From an uncultured Chlorobiaceae bacterium (lineage in GTDB: Bacteria > Bacteroidota > Chlorobiia > Chlorobiales > Chlorobiaceae): DNA of 64,000 nucleotides. Of the stretch, positions 10,222 to 19,205 are shown in pieces. Position 1 is the stretch's first letter. Every line of letters begins with the position of its first letter. The notes under the pieces were generated by a model. The model was not told the origin of the DNA, ran no database searches, and was given only the letters and a program-made list of their open reading frames with translations. The DNA is taken from positions 1,714 through 65,713 of the forward strand of contig CAIXLG010000081.1 in assembly GCA_903920215.1 (NCBI GenBank), written 5' to 3'. The translations under genes were made by a program, and so were the position numbers.

Positions 10222-11361
10222 ATGTTTTTTTTTTATCAGATAGCTGTTCTGTTCTCGCTGTTGGTTTTTTTAGGGCTTTTGCTGAGAAACCTGATTGACT
10301 TTCCCTGTATGCCAGAGAATCCGCCCAATACAGGACCTTTGGTTTCGGTTATGGTACCTGCCCGCAATGAAGCACTGAACATCGAACGCTGCATATCCTC
10401 ACTTTTGCGGCAGGACTACTGTTCATTTGAGATTCTTGTGCTTGATGACGGTTCAACCGATGCTACCCCGGAGCTTTTGGATCGACTGCAGAAGGATTCT
10501 GGGGAGCGCTTGCATGTTTTTCATGGTGAACCACTTCCCGCTGGATGGCATGGCAAGGCTTGGGCCTGTTTTCAGCTCAGTCGGCAGGCAAAGGGTGAAC
10601 TGCTGCTTTTTACTGATGCAGATACCATGCATGAGCCTGATGCCCTGCGTCGCTCTGTTGGAGCCATACAGGGAGCAAAGGCAGATATGCTTTCCCTTAT
10701 GCCCTATCAGGAGCTTGGATCGTTCTGGGAAAAACTGCTGGTGCCGCTGATCCATGTTATTCTCATGTGTTATCTGCCCCTTCGCTTTGTCCGTACAAGC
10801 CCGAGGCCGGCGTTTAGTTTTGCCAACGGTCAGTTTATTTGTTTTCGCCGCGGTGTGTATGAGCGTATTGATGGCCATGCGGCTGTCAAAGATTCCATTG
10901 TCGAAGATGTCTGGCTCTGCAGAGCCGTTAAAAAAGCCGGAGGCAGTGTTGTGGCTTTTAACGGTTCCGATATAGTCACGTGCCGGATGTACCGTAATTT
11001 CAAGGAAATCTGGGAAGGGTTTTCAAAAAATCTTTTCCCGGCTATAGGATACAGTACGCCAGGGCTGCTTATGCTTGTAGGTATGATTGCCGCCGTCTAT
11101 GTTCTGCCCTATCTGTTTCTGTTTCGCTCACTGCTGGTTGGGGAATCTGGTGTTTCAATGTTCTGGCTCCCTCTGGTTCATATTATCATAGCCCTTCTCT
11201 GCCGTCTCATTATTGCAAAGCTTTTTCGCCAGTCACTCTCTATAGCCTTTCTTCATGTTTTCTCCCAGATAGTACTGATTGGCATAGCCCTCAACTCTTT
11301 TTTTAAGATCAAATTTGGCAGGGGTACTCTCTGGAAAGGGCGACATTACAATTTTTCCTGA
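10222..11361 (+). CDS. cruC: GT2 glycosyltransferase, carotenoid (OH-chlorobactene) glucosyltransferase-like
   Basis: Motifs 'VPARNE', 'VLDDGSTD', 'GWHGKAWAC', 'FTDAD' and 'IVEDV'. The cruC name is from family plus recalled Chlorobiaceae synteny after hisG. The GTG at 10201 lies inside the hairpin, so ATG 10222 is preferred. Confidence 0.75.
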   Translation: MFFFYQIAVLFSLLVFLGLLLRNLIDFPCMPENPPNTGPLVSVMVPARNEALNIERCISSLLRQDYCSFEILVLDDGSTDATPELLDRLQKDSGERLHVFHGEPLPAGWHGKAWACFQLSRQAKGELLLFTDADTMHEPDALRRSVGAIQGAKADMLSLMPYQELGSFWEKLLVPLIHVILMCYLPLRFVRTSPRPAFSFANGQFICFRRGVYERIDGHAAVKDSIVEDVWLCRAVKKAGGSVVAFNGSDIVTCRMYRNFKEIWEGFSKNLFPAIGYSTPGLLMLVGMIAAVYVLPYLFLFRSLLVGESGVSMFWLPLVHIIIALLCRLIIAKLFRQSLSIAFLHVFSQIVLIGIALNSFFKIKFGRGTLWKGRHYNFS

Positions 11362-11464
11362 TAGAGGTGATAATTTTTTTTAAATTGCACGATTAAAATC
11401 AGCGCCATCAACCAGGGTGAACTGTATCGGGTATAAAGGTATCAATTCAAACGAGACTATTTTT

Positions 11465-12415
11465 ATGGGTTTCTTATCGAAAATATTCGGGAAAAAGGAA
11501 GTGGAATTGACGCTTCCCAAAGTTATTGAGGATGTTAACCTGATAAAAACGATGGAAGGCCATCTTGACAGGGTACTGGGAGTAAAATTCAGCACCGACG
11601 GGAAAAAACTTGTCAGTGGCAGTTTTGATGAACAGGTTATGCTATGGGATGTGGCGTCCGGCAAACCTCTGCTTACCATGAAAGGGCACGAAACCTGGGT
11701 TGAGTGTATTGATTACAGTCGCGATGGCAAACGGCTGGCAAGCGGCAGTACCGACAGCACCGTTAGAATCTGGGATGCATCGACCGGAGAGTGCCTGCAC
11801 GTCTGCAAAGGTCACGATACTGCAGTGCGTATGGTGGCTTTCAGTCCGGACAGCAAAATTGTTGCGAGCTGTTCACGTGATACAACAATCAGACTCTGGG
11901 ATGTCGAAACGGGTCGTGAGCTATCCCGGTTTCTCGGTCACAAATCATACATCGAATGTCTGGCATACAGTCACGATGGTAAAAAAATTGCCAGTTGTGG
12001 AGAAGAACCAGTCATTAAAATATGGGATGCAGTGAGCGGTAAAAATATTGCAAACTTCAGTACAAATGACCGGCTTTCACATGCATTAGCCTATAGTCCG
12101 GATGACAAGCTTATAGCTTTCTGCGGACGAGATGCAAAAGTAAAGATTCTCAATGCCGAAAGTGGCGAAATTATTACAGTGTTTGAAGGTCATGAAGATG
12201 CCGTGCGCAGCGTTTGTTTCAGCCCGGATGGCACAAAGATTGCAAGTGCTGCCAACGATGAATCCGTCAGACTTTGGGATGTCCAGAGTGGTAAACAGCT
12301 GCACTCTTATCGTGGCCATGTGCTTGAAGTGCAATCAGTTGATATCTCACCTGACGGAAAAATAATTGCCAGCGGAAGCGATGATCGCAAGATTAAGCTC
12401 TGGGCAATAAGGTAG
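11465..12415 (+). CDS. WD40-repeat (7-bladed beta-propeller) protein
   Basis: Seven GH...WD-type repeats are readable in the translation. ATG at 11465 (MGFLSKIFGKK). Confidence 0.92.
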   Translation: MGFLSKIFGKKEVELTLPKVIEDVNLIKTMEGHLDRVLGVKFSTDGKKLVSGSFDEQVMLWDVASGKPLLTMKGHETWVECIDYSRDGKRLASGSTDSTVRIWDASTGECLHVCKGHDTAVRMVAFSPDSKIVASCSRDTTIRLWDVETGRELSRFLGHKSYIECLAYSHDGKKIASCGEEPVIKIWDAVSGKNIANFSTNDRLSHALAYSPDDKLIAFCGRDAKVKILNAESGEIITVFEGHEDAVRSVCFSPDGTKIASAANDESVRLWDVQSGKQLHSYRGHVLEVQSVDISPDGKIIASGSDDRKIKLWAIR

Positions 12416-12644
12416 TGTAAGAGGATTTCATCAGGTTTTCGCGCTCTGCGAGCTCTGAAAAAGGGCCCATTGCTTTTTTTTGTCAAAAATAAAAAAGTAG
12501 CGTAAACTGCTCAACTTCCTTTTTGAATTAGCTTAAAGTGAGTAAATTCATTTTACGAAAAATAAATTCGTTTTTGAGCGCCTCATGTCGGGGTTCGTTC
12601 ATTGTAACGCCAAATTTAAATGGCAAAAATAAAAAGAGGTAGAT

Positions 12645-12854
12645 ATGGGTACTCAGGTTGAAGGAACTGTTAAATGGTTCAACGAAGAAAAAGGTTACGG
12701 CTTCATCGAGCAGAAAGGCGGAAAAGATGTTTTTGTGCATCATAGTGCCATTAACGGTACTGGTCGCAAAACACTTGTCGAAGGCCAGAAAGTATTGATG
12801 GAAGTGACCCAGGGAGCAAAAGGCCTTCAGGCTGAAGACGTAACACCTCTCTAA
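12645..12854 (+). CDS. Cold-shock protein
   Basis: '[15 protein letters not shown]' and 'DVFVHHSAI'. AGAGG RBS upstream. Confidence 0.95.
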   Translation: MGTQVEGTVKWFNEEKGYGFIEQKGGKDVFVHHSAINGTGRKTLVEGQKVLMEVTQGAKGLQAEDVTPL

Positions 12855-13005
12855 ATTAATTTCGAACCATAGAACGGTTCTCACGCCGTTTTGTCCGAAC
12901 TGCTTTGTCTGCGGATTAGTTATCAGCACTATCGTTTTTTAAATGTGGTTGTTATGATTAACCGCACAAGGCTTTTTCAGGAGAAGCCGAACAGTTTCAA
13001 CTATG

Positions 13006-13051
13006 GCAGAAACACAAAGGGCGCATAACCATGCGCCCTTTGTGTTTCTGC
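13006..13051. terminator. Long perfect hairpin, probable terminator of the csp transcript
   Basis: gcagaaacacaaagggcgcat-aacc-atgcgccctttgtgtttctgc, a 21-bp perfect stem. Confidence 0.65.
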
Positions 13052-13107
13052 AATTTCAAAGAATTGGGGTGTCAAAATCCTGCATAAGAACCCAGAGAAG
13101 AGGCAGT

Positions 13108-13698
13108 ATGAGCATTATTTTACTCGATATCGGAAATGTGATTGTATCTGTAGATTTTTTAAGATTCTGCAGGGGAGTTCTTTCTGACAGCACTTCCGAC
13201 CTGCAGGCAGTGTACAGGAAATATTGTGGAGGAGAGCTGAAAATGAAGCTTGAGCAAGGCATCATTCCGCCACTTGACTATCTCTGCATGATCGGACGTG
13301 ATTCGCTGACAGGAAACATGAGCCATGGTGAAATAAGGGAGCGCTGGCAGGATGTGTTCTCCCCGATGGAGGGGGCAGAAGAGGGTGTGGAAATTCTCAG
13401 CAGGGAGCATAAGCTCTGGATAATGAGCGATACTGACCCACTGCATTTTGCTTTCCTCCTGACAAAATATCCGCTTTTAAGGGAGAGGGATCGTTACTAT
13501 CTTTCTTACGAACACGGCTTTATGAAAAGTTCTCCGGAAGCATTTCAGCATGTTCTTAATGATTCAGGCCTGGCGGCTCATGAATTTATACTGATCGACG
13601 ACAAGCCGGAAAACTGCAGGTCAGCGGAATCTGTCGGAATAAAAAGCATCAGATTTGAAACATGGCCAGAAACTATCACAGCCCTTGCTGCCTTATAG
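13108..13698 (+). CDS. HAD-superfamily hydrolase (YihX-like)
   Basis: Motif I 'LLDIGNV', 'MKSSPEAF' and 'LIDDKPEN'. ATG at 13108 preferred. Confidence 0.85.
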   Translation: MSIILLDIGNVIVSVDFLRFCRGVLSDSTSDLQAVYRKYCGGELKMKLEQGIIPPLDYLCMIGRDSLTGNMSHGEIRERWQDVFSPMEGAEEGVEILSREHKLWIMSDTDPLHFAFLLTKYPLLRERDRYYLSYEHGFMKSSPEAFQHVLNDSGLAAHEFILIDDKPENCRSAESVGIKSIRFETWPETITALAAL

Positions 13699-13759
13699 TC
13701 AAGTTCACCATAATTGGAGCTGAAGATGTATCATGAACGGCGTGACATAGAGCTTCTTA

Positions 13760-14182
13760 ATGACTGAAAGCAATAAAATCAAACAAAAGGTAACTGTTCC
13801 GGTCACCGAAATCGAATTGCATGCCATGCGTTCCCAGGGAGCCGGTGGGCAGAATGTGAACAAGGTTGAGACTGCGGTTCATTTACGTTTCGATATCAGG
13901 GCATCCTCTCTTCCTGAAGAGCTGAAGGAGCGTTTGCTCAGCATGAGGGATCAGCGCCTCTCAAGCGAAGGAGTTCTTGTTATAAAAGCACAGCGTTTTC
14001 GCTCAAGGGAGAAAAATCGTGAAGACGCTCTTGACCGGCTTCATATGATTTTGGGAAGTATGGCAGAAGATCCGAAAAAACGAAAGAGAACAAAACCAAC
14101 TTTCACATCAAAAGTTAAACGACTTGAAAAAAAGGAAAAGCGTTCAGATATCAAGTCATTGAGAGGACGTATCGATTGGTAG
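13760..14182 (+). CDS. arfB: Alternative ribosome rescue peptidyl-tRNA hydrolase
   Basis: 'RSQGAGGQNVNKVETAV' GGQ motif and basic C-terminal tail. Confidence 0.92.
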   Translation: MTESNKIKQKVTVPVTEIELHAMRSQGAGGQNVNKVETAVHLRFDIRASSLPEELKERLLSMRDQRLSSEGVLVIKAQRFRSREKNREDALDRLHMILGSMAEDPKKRKRTKPTFTSKVKRLEKKEKRSDIKSLRGRIDW

Positions 14183-14218
14183 TTAAGGAATGGCTAAGTT
14201 AATTCAAGAGAGCACGTA

Positions 14219-14953
14219 ATGGGCGATAAACCGGATTTGATTCCAGGTATCTATAACTATTGTGACCGATGGTGTGAGCGGTGCGCATATACTTCTCGCT
14301 GCCTTCAGTTTCAGATCGAATCAGAAGAAAACAGGGGTGATGATCCCTTGGGGGATTTTGATGCATTGAATGCCCGGTTTTGGGATGAAATGGGTGAAGC
14401 ACTTGTTCAAGCCATGCGTCTTATAAGGGAAATGGCTGCACAACAGGGGATTAATCCGGAAGATCTAGATAAGGAAACAGCATTGTCCGAACTGCAGGAG
14501 AGTTTCCATCGCAATGCCCGTGAACACCCTTGTGCGACAGCAGCACTTGTCTATTCAGGCATGGTTAACGAATGGTTTGCCGCTGCTGACGAATTTTCGG
14601 AAGCGGAGGAATCACTGCTGACCAATCACCCTCTTTCTCTTGATGAGCATCTCCAGGTGATCCGGCATTATCAGTATTTTATTTACCCGAAACTTGTTCG
14701 TGCGGTCGAAGGCCGTATGAACCATTCAGCTATAGTCGACAATGAACAGCAAAACGATGCCAACGGCACTGCCAAGGTTGCACTGATAACCATAGACCGA
14801 TCCCTTGCTGCATGGAGCGTTCTTTATGCCGAGTATCCTGCTCATGAGGATAAAACACTTTCTATTCTTGTTCATCTTGACCGTTTGCGCCGGTCAATTG
14901 AGGTTGTATTTCCTGCCGCACGCCCCTTTATTCGTCCGGGATTTGATGTATAG
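14219..14953 (+). CDS. Conserved hypothetical protein with N-terminal Cys cluster
   Basis: 244-aa ORF with 'YNYCDRWCERCAYTSRC'. The remainder is predicted helical. Confidence 0.8.
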   Translation: MGDKPDLIPGIYNYCDRWCERCAYTSRCLQFQIESEENRGDDPLGDFDALNARFWDEMGEALVQAMRLIREMAAQQGINPEDLDKETALSELQESFHRNAREHPCATAALVYSGMVNEWFAAADEFSEAEESLLTNHPLSLDEHLQVIRHYQYFIYPKLVRAVEGRMNHSAIVDNEQQNDANGTAKVALITIDRSLAAWSVLYAEYPAHEDKTLSILVHLDRLRRSIEVVFPAARPFIRPGFDV

Positions 14954-14998
14954 CCTGCTTTGACCATGTATTTAGACAATCACCATTAAAAAGAAGTT

Positions 14999-15886
14999 AT
15001 GCTTACCACAAACGAACAACATCTTGTAGAGTTTCTATTGCAGTGCCAGCCCGGACAACCGAGAACAAGAGGAAATTGGGAAGTTGACCATCATGGTACC
15101 CCCTTTCTTCTTCCTTCGATAGGAGGTATCACTCTGAACGTCCAGGTTGGAGATGCGGCTTTTGGATGGCAAGGGGATCATATAGAGCCGGGAGTCAGCT
15201 GTACCGCTGATACCAATAAACCTTTCGAGCATCCAAACGTTGGATTGCAGATATACTCCTGCGCCGGCAATATTGCCACAGTAGCTACAGGCGAAGCAAA
15301 AGGAGCCGAAGGACGTGTGCTCGGTCATCATGGAGGATCGGAACATGTCATAGTGGATTTTGTGCGCGAAGTCAAGGAAAAGCTTCTCTACAGCGATACC
15401 ATCATCATTCGGGGGAAAGGGCAGGGACTGAAGCTTATGGATTATCCGGATATTATCCTGTTCAATCTCGATCCTGATCTGCTTAAGGTCAAGAATATTC
15501 GTGAAGTAGAGGGTGGAGTGCTCGAAGTGCCGGTTACAACCATTGTCCCGGCGGTCTGTATGGGATCAGGCATCGGTTCAGCCCATGTGGCAAAAGGTGA
15601 TTACGATATTATGACCAGCGACGCTGAAACGGTAAAAGAGTACGGCATCGACAAAATCCGTTTCGGTGATTTTGTCGCTCTCCTGGATCACGACAACCGT
15701 TATGGCAGAGCCTACCGTAAAGGTGCGGTCAGTATCGGAATAGTCGTACACAGCGATTGCATGGAGGCCGGTCATGGACCGGGTGTTACCACACTCATGA
15801 CTTGCGCCTCTCCTCTTATCCGACCAGTGATTGACCCAAAAGCCAATATTGCTGACCGTCTCGGCATTGGAACGACGTTGAAATAG
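14999..15886 (+). CDS. DUF4438-family protein
   Basis: Motifs 'GDHIEPGVS', 'GHHGGSEH', 'IGIVVHSDC' and 'GHGPGVT', as I recall for this family. Confidence 0.75.
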   Translation: MLTTNEQHLVEFLLQCQPGQPRTRGNWEVDHHGTPFLLPSIGGITLNVQVGDAAFGWQGDHIEPGVSCTADTNKPFEHPNVGLQIYSCAGNIATVATGEAKGAEGRVLGHHGGSEHVIVDFVREVKEKLLYSDTIIIRGKGQGLKLMDYPDIILFNLDPDLLKVKNIREVEGGVLEVPVTTIVPAVCMGSGIGSAHVAKGDYDIMTSDAETVKEYGIDKIRFGDFVALLDHDNRYGRAYRKGAVSIGIVVHSDCMEAGHGPGVTTLMTCASPLIRPVIDPKANIADRLGIGTTLK

Positions 15887-15888
15887 TT

Positions 15889-15968
15889 TTGACTTATAAT
15901 TATCCGGGTAATATTGTTTATTTATTTCTATTCTGTTACATTTATGAGGTATTATATCCGGATATAAT
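15889..15968 (+). promoter_or_regulatory. Sigma70-type promoter with two related palindromic operator-like sites
   Basis: TTGACT (15889-15894), 17-nt spacer, TATTGT (15912-15917). ATTATCCGGGTAAT at 15899-15912 and perfect ATTATATCCGGATATAAT at 15951-15968. Confidence 0.65.
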
Positions 15969-15989
15969 TGATATAAAAACTCATAAAAG

Positions 15990-16580
15990 ATGAACAGACA
16001 AAATATTCAACATTGCACTGCATTTTGTGGCAGTTGCTGTATTGCAACAGGAAAGCTGGAAGAGGTTATCAAAGAGGTTAAAGAGATTGTTGATAAAGGG
16101 GGAGCCCTTTCTGTTTTGATTTTTGACGATGTAAGCAGTGAGATTATCGAAGTGGATTTTCGTGGAACGATGGAAGATGTCCTGAGTAGATTAGGGAATC
16201 CCACAGCGCTTGACAACAGGGAGGAAACTATTTCTCGAGGGCCGGGACGCCCGAAGCTGGGGGTTGTTCCCCGTGAAGTCACGTTACTGCCCCGGCATTG
16301 GGAGTGGCTTAACAGTCAACCTGGAGGTGCATCTGTAGCTCTTCGTAAACTTGTTGAGGAAGCCCGGCGCATGAACAGCGATCGGGATCAGTTGCGTACT
16401 TCACAAGGGGGCGTCTACAGGTTTATGTCTGCAATTGCTGGTGACCTTCCTGGATTTGAGGAGGCGTCAAGGGCTTTGTTTGCCGGAAACCCAGAAAAGT
16501 TTAATGAGATAGTAACCACATGGCCTGTTGACATCCGCGACCATGTTCAGAAACTTTCAGTCAATGCTTTTCCGGAATGA
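15990..16580 (+). CDS. DUF2239-family protein
   Basis: 'RGPGRPKLGVVPREVTLLPRHWEWL...GGASVALRKLVEEAR', the characteristic signature of the family. Confidence 0.85.
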   Translation: MNRQNIQHCTAFCGSCCIATGKLEEVIKEVKEIVDKGGALSVLIFDDVSSEIIEVDFRGTMEDVLSRLGNPTALDNREETISRGPGRPKLGVVPREVTLLPRHWEWLNSQPGGASVALRKLVEEARRMNSDRDQLRTSQGGVYRFMSAIAGDLPGFEEASRALFAGNPEKFNEIVTTWPVDIRDHVQKLSVNAFPE

Positions 16581-16603
16581 GGCATGAAAAAGCATTAAGT
16601 CAA

Positions 16604-16641
16604 AAACAAAAAGCCCTCCGTTTCCGAAGGGCTTTTTGTTT
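16604..16641. terminator. Bidirectional terminator between the DUF2239 gene and bchE
   Basis: aaacaaaaagccct...agggctttttgttt inverted repeat between convergent genes. Confidence 0.85.
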
Positions 16642-16661
16642 ATTTGATCGAACAAGAGTTC

Positions 16662-18302
16662 TCAGCAGTTGCGAACTGTTGAAGAGTTACGATCCTTGAT
16701 GGTGCTTTCGTCGAACTCGTCCCAGTTGTGCTCGTCATGCTCACGCTGGTATCCGGCCTCTTTAAGACCGAAGCTCATGTCGGCAACCATTTCCGGGCGC
16801 AGTTCCTTGAGGTTCTTTACCTCGTCCTGATTGAGAATCCTGGACTTGTCGAAGCCAAGATCGACCTCAATCTTGCGGTTTTTGGTTTTGACTCGGTCGA
16901 TGTCGTAGAAGCGTTTGGTAATGGTAGTCTGGGCGAACGCTTTCAGACAGCCAAGCATGTACTTGCGTACATAAGGGTCTTTTATCCATGGGTAGCCGAA
17001 GAAGGTCTTGCGTGCGTAGAAGCGTGCATAAGATTTCAGCACAAGTTTCAGTACATCCTCACGCTCCATGTTGTCGGGCTTGATGATCGGCGTCACAAAA
17101 TTGTACTTGGAGTAGTCGCGTACCTCCACCCTGTCGCCGAGCTCCTTGAAGAGGTCGGAGAAAGGCCATGGTGTATAAATAGTCCAGTTGGCCATATCGG
17201 GATCCCAGTCTTTACAGAGCTGGTAGGTCTCTTCAATGGTTTCAGGGGTTTCGTGCTCAAGTCCCATAACAAACTGTGCTTCAGCCACGATTCCATTTTT
17301 CTGCAGCAGCTTGATGGCAAGCTTGTTCTCCTCGATGGTGGTCTCTTTGCGGAAACGGTTCAGGTTCATCTGGCTTGCAGCTTCTGTGCCGAGCGAAACA
17401 TGGACAAGGCCAGCCTTGCGGAAGAATGGCAGCAGATCGGCATCGCGCATGATGTCGGTCACGCGGGTATTGATACCCCAAGTAACATCAAGTTTACGGT
17501 CGATAAGCTCCTGACAGAGCGAGACAAACTTCTGCTTGTTAATGGTTGGTTCTTCATCAGCGAGGATAAAAAAGCCCACTTTGTGCTGTTTGACCAGTAC
17601 CTCAATTTCATCGACGAAAAGCTTGGGGCTGCGAGCACGGTAGCGGCGCCAGAACTGCCACTGTGAACAGAACGTGCAGGTAAAAGGACATCCTCTGGCA
17701 AAGTTTGGAACCGCAAGGCGGCAGTTCAGAGGAGTGTAAATGTATTTATCCCAGTCGTAAAGGCTCCAGTCGGGGCTAAGGGTATCAAGATCCTCAATGA
17801 CCGGATGTGCAGCCGTTGCAAACACCTTGCCGTCGTCGTCAATATAGGCGATGCCGGTAATCTCTCCACGGTTCTGCTTATCGGTTCCAGCTGCGATCTC
17901 CTTGATGAGGTTCACTGTCACCTCTTCACCTTCACCGCGAACAATGTAATCGGTTTCAGGTGCTTCGCTCAATACCTGAGGGTACATAAATGTTGAATGA
18001 ATACCGCCCATAAGTGTCCGGATTTTCGGATTCACTTTTTTAGCGATTTTCATTATAGCTTGTGCCTTGAAGATAGAAGGAGTGATATTTGTCGTCATCA
18101 CCACATCCGGCATGTTCTTACGGATGATCTCCTCAATCTGGTCGTCAGGAATGTCATCGGCCATGGCGTCAACAAATTTCACCTGATCGAATCCTGCCTG
18201 TTTAAGGGCGCCACCGATATAGGCTACCCAGCTTGGTGTCCAGTTACCGGCAATTTCGGCTCCCCCTGAATGATAATTTGGCTGAACCATCAGTATTTTC
18301 AT
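16662..18302 (-). CDS. bchE: Anaerobic Mg-protoporphyrin IX monomethyl ester cyclase (B12-dependent radical SAM)
   Basis: N-terminal B12-binding domain 'QPNYHSGGAEIAGNW' and 'RGCPFTCTFCSQW'. Located downstream of bchM. Confidence 0.95.
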   Translation of the reverse strand: MKILMVQPNYHSGGAEIAGNWTPSWVAYIGGALKQAGFDQVKFVDAMADDIPDDQIEEIIRKNMPDVVMTTNITPSIFKAQAIMKIAKKVNPKIRTLMGGIHSTFMYPQVLSEAPETDYIVRGEGEEVTVNLIKEIAAGTDKQNRGEITGIAYIDDDGKVFATAAHPVIEDLDTLSPDWSLYDWDKYIYTPLNCRLAVPNFARGCPFTCTFCSQWQFWRRYRARSPKLFVDEIEVLVKQHKVGFFILADEEPTINKQKFVSLCQELIDRKLDVTWGINTRVTDIMRDADLLPFFRKAGLVHVSLGTEAASQMNLNRFRKETTIEENKLAIKLLQKNGIVAEAQFVMGLEHETPETIEETYQLCKDWDPDMANWTIYTPWPFSDLFKELGDRVEVRDYSKYNFVTPIIKPDNMEREDVLKLVLKSYARFYARKTFFGYPWIKDPYVRKYMLGCLKAFAQTTITKRFYDIDRVKTKNRKIEVDLGFDKSRILNQDEVKNLKELRPEMVADMSFGLKEAGYQREHDEHNWDEFDESTIKDRNSSTVRNC

Positions 18303-18448
18303 CGGTCTCCATCCTCCAGATATGTTTTTACAAAATAGGGACTGCAGAACAAAACAAAGAAAACCTTGATTTGACTGATAAAAATCCCTGAATTATTAAT
18401 TTACAACTTTTTTATAAAATTCTCATATGCTATTAACCGTAGCGCCTG

Positions 18449-19147
18449 TTACTTGTGAGATGAGTTCATGAGCATGGTATGATAAAATCCAAAACTTATC
18501 TTTTCCCGATTTTTCAGTTTCATTCCGGCTACGTCCATAGCCTTCTGCATCTCCTCTTCACGAATCATCTGGATGGTTGTCCGTCGTTCCTTTTTCGGGA
18601 AATAACCGCCAAGCCAATGCTGAAAAGCCAGAATGTTATTGTAGGGAGCATAGGTGAATATGACCGACCCTTTTGTCAGGCTGCTCAGATTCCGGAATGC
18701 CTGGGAAAATCCTTCCGCCGGGTAATGGATCAGTACATCAAAACATACCACGGCATCATAAGTTCCGCTTACTGATTCAATGGTGTTTACTTCAAACTCC
18801 ATGTTATTCTGAACTCCCTGTTTGGTAGCTTCTTCCTTTGTTTTAGCCACCATTTGTGAAGCGATATCGACAGATTTCACTTTGTAGCCCTCTTTTGCAA
18901 GACGAATACTGAACAGTCCTGTTCCGCATCCGGCATCAAGAACGCTTGCACCTTTCGGAAGTCCAAGTTGCTGCAGCCAGTCAAATGCCTTGTCCATCAT
19001 AACGGCATGGCCCTGACGGACAGTATTGCGTACGGAAGAGAGTTTATCGTCACCGTATATTGATGCCCATCGCTGAAAGCCCTGACCGTCGAAATACGAA
19101 CGGAGCATTTTTTTGTGTTCTTCAGCATTGAAAGAGGAGCTGCTCAT
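18449..19147 (-). CDS. bchM: Mg-protoporphyrin IX methyltransferase
   Basis: SAM motif 'VLDAGCGTG' and 'CFDVLIHY'. Lies between bchH and bchE. Confidence 0.95.
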   Translation of the reverse strand: MSSSSFNAEEHKKMLRSYFDGQGFQRWASIYGDDKLSSVRNTVRQGHAVMMDKAFDWLQQLGLPKGASVLDAGCGTGLFSIRLAKEGYKVKSVDIASQMVAKTKEEATKQGVQNNMEFEVNTIESVSGTYDAVVCFDVLIHYPAEGFSQAFRNLSSLTKGSVIFTYAPYNNILAFQHWLGGYFPKKERRTTIQMIREEEMQKAMDVAGMKLKNREKISFGFYHTMLMNSSHK

Positions 19148-19205
19148 GGTATAAGTTTTTGTCGTTACAAGGGTTGGTGTTATAAAATTTTATTTTGCCA
19201 ATGTT

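Noticed and set aside
15440-15453. Third copy of the TATCCGGATA motif
   Set aside because: It lies inside the DUF4438 coding sequence (DYPDI) and is probably coincidental.
16728-17666. 312-aa plus-strand ORF
   Set aside because: Antisense shadow of bchE with no recognisable motifs. Such shadows are expected from codon bias in highly expressed genes.
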